A DNA stretch of 64,000 nt from Podarcis gaigeae (taxonomy: Eukaryota): assembly GCA_964106915.2 (NCBI GenBank), contig OZ066915.1; one strand, 5' to 3'. Position numbers and translations under genes: made by a program. The notes beneath the pieces were generated by a model that had not been told where the DNA came from, did no database searches, and saw only the letters and a list, made by a program, of their open reading frames with translations. Below, piece by piece: positions 14,041 through 26,002 of this stretch. Each line of letters begins with the position of its first letter. The stretch's first letter is position 1.

Positions 14041-17000
14041 CCTTTATTCCAGAATTGCAGATATTGTTATCTTGGTTAGTCCTCTGTATATCGAAAACCA
14101 TTACCTTCTAGTTGGTGGGCTGTGCACAGGAACAAACTTTGGTTATAGCTTGTGGTTAGTGAGGAGATAACTTCATCACAAGTCCTAGTTGTCTCACTCG
14201 TACGTTAAGCTTAGCCTGGTGTAGAAGCAAAAATGACTTCTCTCCGGGAGTCCACACACTTCTACGGTCCCAGTAACCCAATGTTTGGCTTAGCTTGTCA
14301 TGAAAACCAGCCCTACTCTTTCTCTTCTGTGCATAGCTGATGCTGGCTTGTTTGGTGAGCTCTATAAATTGCTGTAATAAAAGGTTTACTGAGAATTTTA
14401 TGATTAGTAATGCTCTTCTTAAACTGAGATATGAAATATTTAGTGAGAGATTTTATAATAGCTTTTTAACCCAATATGATGTGAACTTCCCAAAAAGTGG
14501 GCTTGCAGTAAGCAAAATTTTACAGTCATAAGAATATTCTTATATTATTAACTGTTCGCTTATCATTAAGCAATATCCACTACCTGGGAGTAAGCTCTAT
14601 TGAACTTGGGGGAACTTATTTCTGTGCAGTCCATTGAACAGCAGTGAGACAATGTGATAAACAGCTCGCTAACCCCAAATTAATTTATTTTATTTGAAAG
14701 ATGCCCTGGTTTTCCACTAATGGTCAGGAGATCATTAATGTAAGACTATTTACATAAAAAAATACATGAGAAAAATAAAACTGAGCAAAATTCACTAGTC
14801 ATGACAGAGAAGTAGAAATAGCTTGTAGTGTTCTGTTTGCACTCCAACCATTGACAGTGAGATTTTGACAGTAAGGAAATACAATTTGACATTTGAAATA
14901 AGGGAGAAAAGACTTCTTCATATTATTTGTGAGGACAGTAAATATTGGTTCTTCAGCTCTGCTTACTGAAACTTCTGTTTAACTGTGTTGTTTAAAAAGC
15001 TGTAGCTCTAGTCCATTTCTAATCACTGACATCATCTAGTGATCCTCTGTTCATACATTTTCATCTAAAACCTTATTCAGTCAATTCCCATTACCCTGGA
15101 TGAGAACTGGGAATCAGTTGTGAATATGTAACCAGTTGTGATTCTGTATATGCATTGGCTATGTACACAAAAGTCTGCTCCCACACATAATTTCCTTTGC
15201 TGGGTCAGGCTAATTGTGGACATGTACATAGAATGCAATAGGTGAAGCTACCTAACTATATCCTTTGAACACTGTTAAATGCGTGATCTGATCCTCTGAG
15301 GAAGGAGAAGTTTTCTAAGTTTCTTCTGGAGAAAGGCTAGTGTTTGTGGTAGTTGAATGTATCCATCATTACCTGGAATATTTTTGAATCTTGAAAAGGC
15401 TACATTATGTTATTAAAAAGCTCACAAAAGCCTTTCACTTTTTCACTCTGCACCTGAGATGTGTCTCTTTCAGTCTGCCATGTGGCATTCCTTATATGTA
15501 TGCTTCATCCTCTGACGTCTAGGTCAAAGAATGCTTTTCAACTTCAGAATTAAACTGGGAGTTGCAGGTGTGCTCTTAACACATGGCTGTGACTTTTTTT
15601 GTTCCTCACTCCCCTGCTGATCCCGTTTGGAGCAAGCATAAACTTTTATCTGTGAAGGCCCCTGGTATTTTGACACAGAGAGCTTTCAGAACTGCTGGCT
15701 CTCAGAACTTTGCCCTTTAACAAATTCAACACCTCAAACAATTCTGATCTCTTAAGCTTTCTCTCTTCCCTGGCTTGTATTTATTCTTTAAGCAAAAAGA
15801 GTCAAGTAAAGAAGAAACAGTCCTGGTGGATCTGCACTGCCTTTCATTTCCTTTTTTATTTATTTTTTGCTATGATGCCAACGCTGACCTGTGTATTTGA
15901 TGTAGAGATCTGTGTAACTTGAAAATTTGTGTCAACTAAATCCAAAAGATGATACAGTTGTGCAAAGGTGCATTGACAGTGAAACTTAATTCTTTTTTCT
16001 ATCGGATTAGATACATTATCAGATTTTGTTACTGACTCTGCTTTTGTTTTATTAGTTTTATCATCTTGTAGTCTTCAAAATAGGGGTGTGATGACCCTGC
16101 AGCGGATATAGAGTTGAATATTGATTATCATCATTGCCTTGACATCTTGCATTATGTGTTACTTAGCATCATGGTGTGGTAAACTACAGCAGTTTGCCCT
16201 TTCTTTGTATCAAATTGTAGGACGAGCCTGCCAGCTGTCTGTTGTATAGAAACATAAACATAACCTTATTTAACACTAGTTCACATCTGTAGGTTCATTT
16301 CTAAACAACACTTTTGGGGCTCTGAAAAGAGATTGTTTCAGTGTCATCACATCCTTCTACAACTACATCAAGTTCTTGGTGAAACATGACTTATTAGAGG
16401 ATGGGAAGAACTGCTCAGTGTTTGACTTTCTCTTGGGCTTTGAGATTAAAGAGCTGTGTTGATTTGACTGACTAGTCCTGAAAGGGGGGAGATTAATCAC
16501 ATATTCTTTGGGCCTTTTGTGAGAAGCAGAGTGGGAAGGTAAGTGGTATTGGAGTCTATAAAACTAACAGCTCCTTGATTGTGCCTCTGCCATTGATCAC
16601 AGTGCATGTGTAATGTGTAACTGAGCAAGTTTAATACTTGGCAAAATATCATTCTAGGGCTGTAAAAGGGAGAGTGGTGTCACAATATGATTATATTGAA
16701 ACTTTTCAGTTTCCTGTTGTTTCATTGCCCCTACTATTTGCTGCTGAGCATCATTCGCGTAGTTGATGCACACAGACACAGAATAGAGTCCACTAGGGAA
16801 AAGAGCAAGAAGATATAAATATGTTGGGATGAATTTCAAAAAGGTGGTGGGTGACAGCTGTGCATCCCAGGATTAGAGTGTTTTGAAGAACAAAACTATC
16901 AGTTGCTGTCATTCACCCTCTGGGTATGAAATTGGAAGCCAGCTACTCATGAGTGTTTCATAACCTTTACCTTTTGGAGGTCAAGGCCATGTCATCATTA

Positions 17001-18263
17001 ATCTACCATCGCCTGAAAGCCTGGAGGCTCTGCTTTTCATCCTGCCATCCGTCATGCTGCAGTGGAGATACAGGAGTGGTGACCAGAAGGGTTCATTTTT
17101 ATATAAATGCCCTCCCACCGGCTTGTAAAATGCAATTCATGATAATGTCATGCTTATTTTTATTTTTTTTAAAAAAGGGACACCTGAAGAAATTAACAGG
17201 CCACAGGTTTAAAGCAAAAAAAGGATAGTTCTCTCTCTCTCCCCCCCCCCCCCCCGTTCCCTGCTATCACATATGCTTGCAGAGTACACAATTGATCTAT
17301 TGAACCTGTTTTCATAGTGTTGACTTGACCAGCTGGTATGAAGGGCTGAAAAAACCCATGATTTATCCCTCTGTAGCTATTTACCATAGACATGCAGATA
17401 AATACACAGTGTATTCCTAAACCTTAGACTCTGGAAGTTTAGAGAGGAACATAATGAGTGGGGAAAGTGTATAGCATCTGAATTCAGAACTGCCTGTTAT
17501 TAAATATACGATACCAAGCCTCATACATCACTTACAGGCATGCTGTATTTGTATTGCTCCTGTCTTCAATTGTATCCTAGAACTCAATTCTGGTATGTGA
17601 GAGGGTTCATCTGAAAAATTCTGCATTGCTTTCTCCTGTGGACCTTTTCTTAATTGAAAGCATCCTGTCATTTGTTGCCTGATATCTTTCAGTTGTGTAC
17701 TTCCTCAAGGTAACTTACTATATTTTCATATTCAGACATTGTCTTAGAGATGAGGCTAGGAAAACTCGATTGCTTTGTAGTTTGCTGTATGAGTCTGTCC
17801 AGCTGCATTAGTCAACTTACGGAGGCCTTTCCCTAGCACTGCTTCATTTTTTTAATCCTCCTTTCACTTCAAAGGAACGTAAAGACTCATCCCTCTGTAT
17901 ATTGAAAAGAGATAAATAGTTAAAAGCACCTACACTATGATCCAAAAAAAAATTGCACTTCACAAAGAGGGATCCTCTTAAAGCTAATGACGAAAAGAAT
18001 TCTTGCATAGTGTCCTAGGACGCTGTGAGAGCCAGAAATGTAGCTCTTTATTTTAAGAAAGATTACCCAAAGATGCAATGAAGGCAAATCCCTCAATTGA
18101 TATTAGCCAAGCAGATTGAAAGATGTATCTGCATGCTTAGAATGTTGATTAGTATCAAGGAGGGTGTGATGGAGATTGATTGCTCTGTATTTGCCTTCAC
18201 CTAACTCTGAATTGTATAGTACTGGTAAAAGCCAGGTATTGGCATCTAAGGATACTTTGATCT

Positions 18264-18569
18264 AGGTAAAAGGTAAAGGTACTCCTGCCCGTACGGGGCA
18301 GTCTTGACAGACTCTTGGGTTGTGTGCTCATCTCACTCTATAGGCCGGGAGCCAACGCTGTCCGCAGACACTTCCGGGTCACGTGGCCAGCGTGACGAAG
18401 CTGCTCCAGCGAACCGGCACCAGAGCAGCACACAGAACGCCATTTACCTTCCCGCTAGAAAGCAGTACCTATTTATCTACTTGCACTTAATTGTGCTTTC
18501 AAACTGCTAGGTGGGCAGGAGCTGGGACCAAACGATGGGAGCTCACCCCGCCGCGGGGATTCGATTCCC
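18264..18569 (-). mobile_element. Sauria SINE, 5'-truncated
   Basis: Reverse complement of the Sauria SINE body with an (ACCTTT)n tail. 13-bp TSD gatactttgatct at 18251-18263 and 18570-18582. Confidence 0.9.
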
Positions 18570-20700
18570 GATACTTTGATCTGGCACAGTACAATATATT
18601 TTAGGCTCTTTTGGTGCAGCGATTGAAGCTTTTTAACTATGGAAAGTTGTTATACAAATAAAACGAGGTCTTTTGCTTACTATGTTGTGTGAACCATGCC
18701 TAAGGAGGCTTGCAACAAATGTAACAAAAATTGTCAAGGGATAAATAAAACACATCAAAAAGTATTCAAACAAATCTGACATTAAATCATGTTATAAAAA
18801 TATAGATACAAAAAATTAATATCAATAGCAGCAACAACCATCCCCGCCCCCAAAAAACAATTCCCCAACCTAAGAGTCTCTTCAGCAGCCTCAGCTTCTG
18901 TAGGATGTAATTCAAACTAGAATATTTCATCATTGCAATAATTCAAGGTTCTCACCACACATTGCGCTCCAATATTTCAAAATCTGGCTCTAACAAATGA
19001 GTGGTCCTGCTGAACCTGAACATTCAGAGGTTTACCTGCTCTCTGGACAAGTCATTCTTACCTAGGGCATCACAGAGCAGCTTATTTTCATTTTGGAATG
19101 AAAGAGGCATACAGTAAGTGTGGGTTGACTCTTTCTATTGCCCAAGAAGTCAAGGAGCCATGCAATCTGGTATTGTAGTCTTCACCCCACTTGGTTCTCT
19201 GCCTTTACCCAAGATAGAGCCTCCTCTTACTTCAGCATTTGTACTTGCCTTCCAGCTAGTCTTTATTTCAAATTTCAACTTATTTCATTCTCTTTGTCGT
19301 CTTCCTCTTTTCATTCATAGAGATTTAAAATTTATTATTTGTCTTTTCTGCTTACTCTTTTCCTATCTCCCTTCCTTATGGGTTAATTGGGAAGACACTG
19401 CTTTCTCAACAAAATGGCACCATTTTGTTCACGTGGTCAGACCCACTAAATCTGAGACAATGATCTGCAGCTGCTTAACAACCTCGCAGTAGTGCATGCA
19501 TCTCCAGGGGGAAAGCCCTATTCCTCCACACGTATATCCCAGCCTTGCCAAGATCTGCTGCCATCACAAAATCTGTGAAAACCTCCTGTCTGAATTTGTC
19601 CTTTCTAACTACTGTTGCCATAAGGACTTAACAGGAGAGTAAACAACTGCAGAACCCCAAAGGCACCAACCATCCTTCCATCTCAGGTGATGAGGGAAAT
19701 GGGGCAGCCAGGGCACCGTACAAACAGGGTCCTCCTGTTAGGGGCCATCTTGGAAAGGAATTCTCTCCACAATTGCAGACTATCTGTACCGGAGAGTGAG
19801 TCTCCCAAGCAACCAGCTAAACAAAGGCCTTCATAAACAAAAGACATTCAACATTCATCAGATGAATCTGACCCGGGCTCACCTATATATCACCTGCAGG
19901 CTTTGAGTGAAATCCCAGCCTCTTGCAGAAAGTTGCCTTCTAAGGCCCCCATCACAGATAACACATCTGCTACTCCCATTGCTACTGTTCCTGCTGATAG
20001 ACAAAGGGATCTGGAGCATCAGGGTAACCTGGAGAGAACTGGGAGTTGCCCAATGAACAGCCCACACCAGACTTTTTCATAATGATGAGCTAATCCATTC
20101 TGAAAGATGCTACAAGAGATTGGGCTTCTGAGGACACTCTTAGATCACGAAGCTTCTGGGGATCCAAAGTGCTGCCTTTTGTTCCTCTTAGATATTTGCA
20201 AAGATTGGAGCTCCTCATTCCCAGAAGTAAGTTCTGATGGTGGCTGTTTAATGGGAAGGTGCTTAGCTGACTGACTGGCTATTCTGACAGCCAATAAAAG
20301 GTACTTTGTGATAAAAAAATCAAGTTAATAAATGCTACTCTCATGAATGTATACAATTTTTTAATTTTTGTTTCCATATTTATTTGGATAGTTTTCTATC
20401 CCACTTTCTCCCTAAAAAAATGGAGGTGCCCAGAACAGCTACCTAGGCAAAGAATAAAAGAATGCAATAAGCAATATTTGAATAAAACATTTATTAAAAA
20501 TAAAAAAGGCAGTACTGTAGTAAAAAAAAACTAAACATATATCCAAAGGTTATCAAGACTAAGATTCCCCACCTGCTATTAAGCTGCCTCCTTGGTTGAT
20601 ACTTTATATGCCCATTTGGGATACACTAATTGTTTATTGCACAAGCTACAACTCTTTGAAGGCAAAACCACTGTCAGATATCCCTTCCATAAATATAGCC

Positions 20701-20836
20701 CAGGCATCCCCAACCTGTGGCCCTCCACATGTTTTGGCCTACAGCTCCCATGATCCCTAGCTAACAGGACCAGTGGTCAGGGATGATGGGAATTGTAGTC
20801 CAAAACATTTGGAGGGCCAAAGGTTGGGGATGCCTG
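20701..20836. mobile_element. Short palindromic hAT-type MITE (136 bp)
   Basis: TIRs caggcatccccaacct / aggttggggatgcctg, with hairpin-like internal symmetry. Confidence 0.85.
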
Positions 20837-21043
20837 ATGCCTATCTAGCTTGTGCCCCATACTTGATTTTTTACTCTATGCACCTGTACCCTATTTTCAC
20901 TCTTACTCACCCAGGACATGGATTCAACATCTGTATTCTAGTCATTTGGATATAATTATGCCAGAACCACAAACAAGTACTGCTGAGCCTTTTTAAGGAG
21001 ATGCCATTTCAGTAAAGGAGAGCAGCGGATCTTTATGCTAGAT

Positions 21044-21365
21044 CATGGGTAGGCAAACTAAGGCCCACGGGCCGGATCTGGCCCAGTCGCCTTCTAAATC
21101 AGCATACGGTCCAGGAATCAGCATTTTTTACATGAGTAGGATGTGTCCTTTTATTTAAAATGCATCTCTGGGTTATTTGTGGGGCTTGCCTGCTGTTTTT
21201 ACATGAGTAGGATGTGTGCTTTTATTTAAAATGCATCTCTGGGTTATTTGTAGGGCATAGGAATTCGTTCATTCCCCCCCCCCCAAAAAAAATATATAGT
21301 CTGGCCCCCCACAGGTCTGAGGGACAGTGGACCGGCCCCCTGCTGAAAAAGTTTGCTGACCCCTG
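21044..21365. mobile_element. Non-autonomous hAT element
   Basis: TIRs catgggtaggcaaact / agtttgctgacccctg; perfect 8-bp TSD tgctagat; internal duplication with a 71-bp period. Confidence 0.88.
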
Positions 21366-21766
21366 TGCTAGATAAACAAAGGGGTGAAGATCCAATGGAG
21401 CCCCCGCCCTAGCAAAGCTGCAGTAGAGGTATCGTCCAGCCATTGGCCTAATGTGGGTTTTCCTTCCTTTTTTATGCAATGGAAACCACTCCTAAAATAT
21501 AAGAGGCAACTTTTTCTCTTCTGCCCTCCCCACTTCTAGATGACCAAAATCCAGTAAGTCAGATCCTTCTTGGGGCCACCCAAAGAGTATCCCTGCCTTT
21601 ATCTGCTGCTTTAAAGGGCTTGAAAGCATCTGTCTCTGCTCTGCACCAACACCTGTTCTCAGTCACTCTCCACTCCCACAAAACGATCCAGTGGCATGGC
21701 ACAACAGCTGGAGGTCCTGCTTAGCCGCTGGTTCTTAATAGCAACAGTGAAGGAAAGCAGAACTTC

Positions 21767-21869
21767 GAATCATAGAATTGTAGATTTGGAAAGGACCCCG
21801 AGGATCAACGAGGATTGAATCCGCAACCTTGGCGCTATCAGCACCACACTCACTCTCCCAACTGAGCTA
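21767..21869 (-). mobile_element. Short tRNA-derived SINE with a CR1-like tail (Squam3-like)
   Basis: Minus strand: tagctcagttgg (A box), ggattcaatcc (B box), then ggtcctttccaaatctacaattctatgattc. Confidence 0.7.
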
Positions 21870-22952
21870 ACCTGGTTTTCCTAAACAGCCAAGTTATATA
21901 ACCTGCAGCTTCTCTCTCCAGTGGCTGTCCACAAAACTCGCCACAGAAAGATGTGTGAAAGTGCAGTGGAGCAATCCGTTTCATTTGTATTTGAAACCAA
22001 AGTTTTTTGTTTCAGTTCCTGCCTGTGCTCCCCCCAAGTATATGTTTTTCTCCAAGTAATGCAAGTTCTGTGCTTATTTTACAAATGGTGTGTATTTGTG
22101 TGCACACAAAAATTTGCATCGTTTTGCTTACAAGTCTGTATGTAGTAAAACATTTTGGAACTTTTCAGGAAGAGCAGAATAATAAGGAGAGAGAGGTGTG
22201 GAGATAGTTATAGAGAAGTAGGAGTCATGGGACAAGCATAGGAGATGTGTGCAGATAACACCCCCCTTCAAAAAAAAACCCCAGGCTTGTGGCCAATGAA
22301 ATCCTTTGTCTACCTCCTCCGTTTACTTAGCTTTTTGTCTGTGTTTTCTAAGCATTTCTTCTCAGGCAAAAGAGCGAGAACTCTTTTTTAAAAAATGATT
22401 CTGTGAGTTGACTGTATTTTTTTCTGATGCGGAGCTTCTTAATCCATGTACCTTGCAGTAAAATATTCATGCAACTTCAAACATTGTGATTGCACAGGGT
22501 TTTGTTTTGTTTTGCTATTTACAAAGATTTCATTTTTTAAAGTGTGAAGTATCTTGGGATGCCTGGCTGTGTACTAGATCTCAGATTTGAGAATCCTACC
22601 TGAATAAAATAAAATAAAATAAAAACACTTTACATGGGAAACCTTTTGTACCTTGGATCCTTCTCTAAATCTTTCTACGTGAGTAGTAAAATAAGAAAAC
22701 CTGGAAATCACCAGCTTCAAGAAATATATCTGTCACTTCGCAGGAAAGGTCAGCTTCCACCCCCCACTTCACATACACAAATGCCCATGTGCATATTTGA
22801 GCATGCCCCAGGGCTCTAGCAGAGCTTGATAGATGCTGAGATAGCAGTGTTTTGATAGAGGTAATTTTCCTCAGATGGGTTTCAGCACCCCATGAATCAA
22901 AACCTGTCAGAGAGGAGCTAAAGATGGAGTGAAGTTTATTGTAAGCGTGTTT

Positions 22953-23031
22953 GCATCTGACACTGGTGTGCTAGGGGGTCAAGTGAGTGAGATCATTAGA
23001 ACCGTGTTGATTTAGTGGAATTGTTACACAC
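22953..23031. repeat. Left arm of a 79-bp long-range inverted repeat
   Basis: Reverse complement of 25924-26002 at 77 of 79 positions; mismatches at 22971 and 23003. Confidence 0.97.
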
Positions 23032-24429
23032 TTTCCCTTCAGGCAATGAGTGGGGGGGGTGGAGTGATTATAGGGAGTTACTGGAAAAATAAATAAAAAC
23101 CTCAGTTCACTACAGTCTCTTACATACTCCACAACATCCGTTCATCCATTTAAAGTTGCTGTTTGGCTATTCCCCCTCCCACCCTGCCCCACCCCCTGGT
23201 CAAATTGCCTTTAGGGCACAGAGATACTGACTTGCTTACTATCAATGATTTAAGTAGGGAATGTAGTTTTTCCATGGTTAGCTGAACCAGCTGCATTGGA
23301 ATATGCATAAATTGCAGGCTGCAGTTACTACTAAGAACTTTCGCTGTCTTCACTAACTGGAAGATGGTAAGACGGATGCAGAAGACTGTGTGCCCTGGTA
23401 TGCTTTGATATTAAGAGGGCGTAATCAAGCCATATATTTTGCAGGTAAAATCCACATTGCACTAATCCACAGGTTAACATGCAGGTTAATCTCAGGCAAT
23501 AGTAGTGTATAACATATGAGTGGCTATGCATATATCTTTTTTTATTTACATAGGAAAGGAAGCCACTGCAGATATCATCTGACCAATTCTTGTGCCCTTA
23601 GGGGGAAAAAATGGCATCTTTGCTGCTGTTCACAAACATTAATGCACAGTTTAAAATAACCCTTGGGAATACCATTAAGTGCTGGCTATATTTTTATGCT
23701 GTTCCAAGTTTCCTGTGTTCCCCAGCATTATATGTTAACACTCAAAAGAAGAAAAAATATTGAAAACAGAAAAATGCATATTGAAGTAGCATATTTATAT
23801 AAGGTAACTGAACAATGATGAGCACGAATGTTACTGGTTCTCTGGTTTCGTCAGCCCATAGTACAATTTAGATATTTAAGCTTCACAACAGCTGTACTAT
23901 AAAAAGTTGGTATTCTGTCTTTGTTAAACCAATCTTTCAAGGTGTTTACAATCCATTGGGGGGGCGGGTCTCAGGAACTCCTGCATTTCTAGTACCTCTA
24001 TGTGTATGGCATGCAAGAAGGTACAACAGCTCAGAATTCACACCCATCTCTCTGTGCTACATATGAGGAGTTCTCATCAGCCTCCTTTTGTTAGCTATAC
24101 CAAATATTGTGTATCTGGGGCTCATCAGGATCACTTGACAATTTGGGTTCAAAGACTGGCAGCCACTTTGTTACCCCAAGTCATCTTTGAGGCTGATTCC
24201 AAAAAACCTAAAAGAAGCTCTAGATTCTGTTATTTTTTATTTTATTTTTATTTTTTGGCATTCTAACTGCTGGTGTGAGTGCCAGCCAGACTACTGTAGA
24301 CCAAAAGGTGTGTCATGTTTGTGAAGGTCATGTAATAACATTTAATATAAAATAATTGTATCATATTTATAATGGCCTTCATTTGTCAGGAAAAGAAGGT
24401 TTAGTAGATGTGTTGGAGTGGAAAATTCA

Positions 24430-24880
24430 TTGTGAAAAGTATCCTGTGGCCAGAGAAATGGCAAACCTGCAAAGTTAGACAGTAACTGTTACGAAGTGTT
24501 ACAAATGCGCAGAAAGCGTATCTGCATGCTGTTATGGTGACAACTGCCCCTGAGAAACTTCTGCATTTTTAATTAAACATTTCAGTTGTCCCTGTTGCCA
24601 CAACAGATGAAGTTGTCATAATTAATAAAGCTGAGCCTGGTTGCTATGGTGTCATTGATGTAAGGGATTGACATAATCAAGGCAGTCCCACCACTCGCTG
24701 AGGAGGTGTTGAGCGCAACTACTGTGACAAAAGTTGCCTGCTGCACCAGTGATGTCATTGGGCTTGCTTTGTGAATTGATTGATATTTTGTTTCGCATTT
24801 GTTTTAACAGTGCTGCCTGTCATGGCTTGACCGATTAATATCAATTAATCAAAGCTGAACAAATCATCCTTATTTGTACA
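24430..24880. promoter_or_regulatory. Candidate conserved non-coding element or enhancer in the SARNP intron
   Basis: No recognisable repeat. Dense TGACA/TGTCA (Meis-type) sites, homeodomain sites (TAATTA, ATTAAT, TTAATAAA), GATTGAC/TGATTGAT (Pbx-type) sites and an RFX-like GTTGCTATGG. Conservation not tested. Confidence 0.5.
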
Positions 24881-25923
24881 GATGTAATGTGGAGGAAAGG
24901 GAGGCTTTATATAGTCATAGGAAGAGTTCTATCCTGGTTTTTTTTTATTCTCACAAGTCAAGTCATTTTAATACAATCCAGCTTGAAAGCAAGGTTCAAA
25001 GTGCTTAATGGATGTGGGAAACTGTGCATTCAGCTAGGAGTTCATAGAGACCAGCAATGCAGTTAAAGGTTTTAGCTTGTTTCATTTCTCATTTCCACCA
25101 TTCTGCTGATTCTTGCATCCTCAAGCATGATGGTTGTGAAAGCCTATCATTACCCCAATGCCTCTCATGGCCAGCACTGCTGGATAATCAAATAGGGCAG
25201 AGGGGAGGTTGTAAATGTGTTTTGTGAGCAGGTGAGGAGAATTACAGGAATAGAGGAAGGTAATTGGACAGTCTTTTGCTGCTGAAAATAGCACAAGAGA
25301 ACTCCCATGGCAAATGGATGAGGTGGAGGTTCTTAAAAGGTAATGATGGCTTGATTATTACTGTAGACCAAGGCCACCAGCATGGTTAAAGGTTAAGAGA
25401 GTAAAAAAGCCTCAAGCTTATGGAAAATCAACAGAAGAAATCTGAAGTACCTGAATAAGCCAACATTTATTTCATAATTGAAATGGAATTTATGAAGATA
25501 AGCTCAGTGCCGTACAGGTCAACTTAATGAAAATGTTTCCATTAGAATGGGCGAAAAATGAATTAAAAGATGACCTTTTAAGAAAGGGGAAATTAAAATG
25601 GTGGAGAAGATGCATTTTATATATGTAAGCTAGCTTTTATATTTCGTATACTGCAAAATACCATATATGTTCTTAAGTCTTGTGCAGTAGTACCTAAAGA
25701 ATGAGTATCTGCCATGTGTTCGGATCACTTAATCAAATGACTTTCTATTCACATTAACAAGATAACAATATCCTAAAGCAGATTTAACAAGCTGCCTCAG
25801 TGATGACTGTGAACTACTATAATGAGAACAGCCTTAAATTGCATGTTGTGTTTTCTTAATGTTCTGTAAATCAGAACTTTGTTAGATAGCAAAGCAGATT
25901 CTGGGTTTTCTGTCCTTCAGCCT

Positions 25924-26002
25924 GTGTGTAACAATTCCACTAAATCAACACTGTTCTAATGATCTCACTCACTTGACCCCCTAACACACCAGTGTCAGAT
26001 GC
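25924..26002. repeat. Right arm of a 79-bp long-range inverted repeat
   Basis: Reverse complement of 22953-23031 (77/79); the spacer is 2892 nt. Confidence 0.97.

Noticed and set aside
19430-20300. Slightly GC-richer segment resembling an old retroelement
   Set aside because: No diagnostic motif could be read with confidence.
21767-21869. tRNA gene
   Set aside because: A and B boxes are present but there is no complete cloverleaf, and it has a CR1-like tail, so it is a SINE. The other tRNA-like heads are also SINEs.
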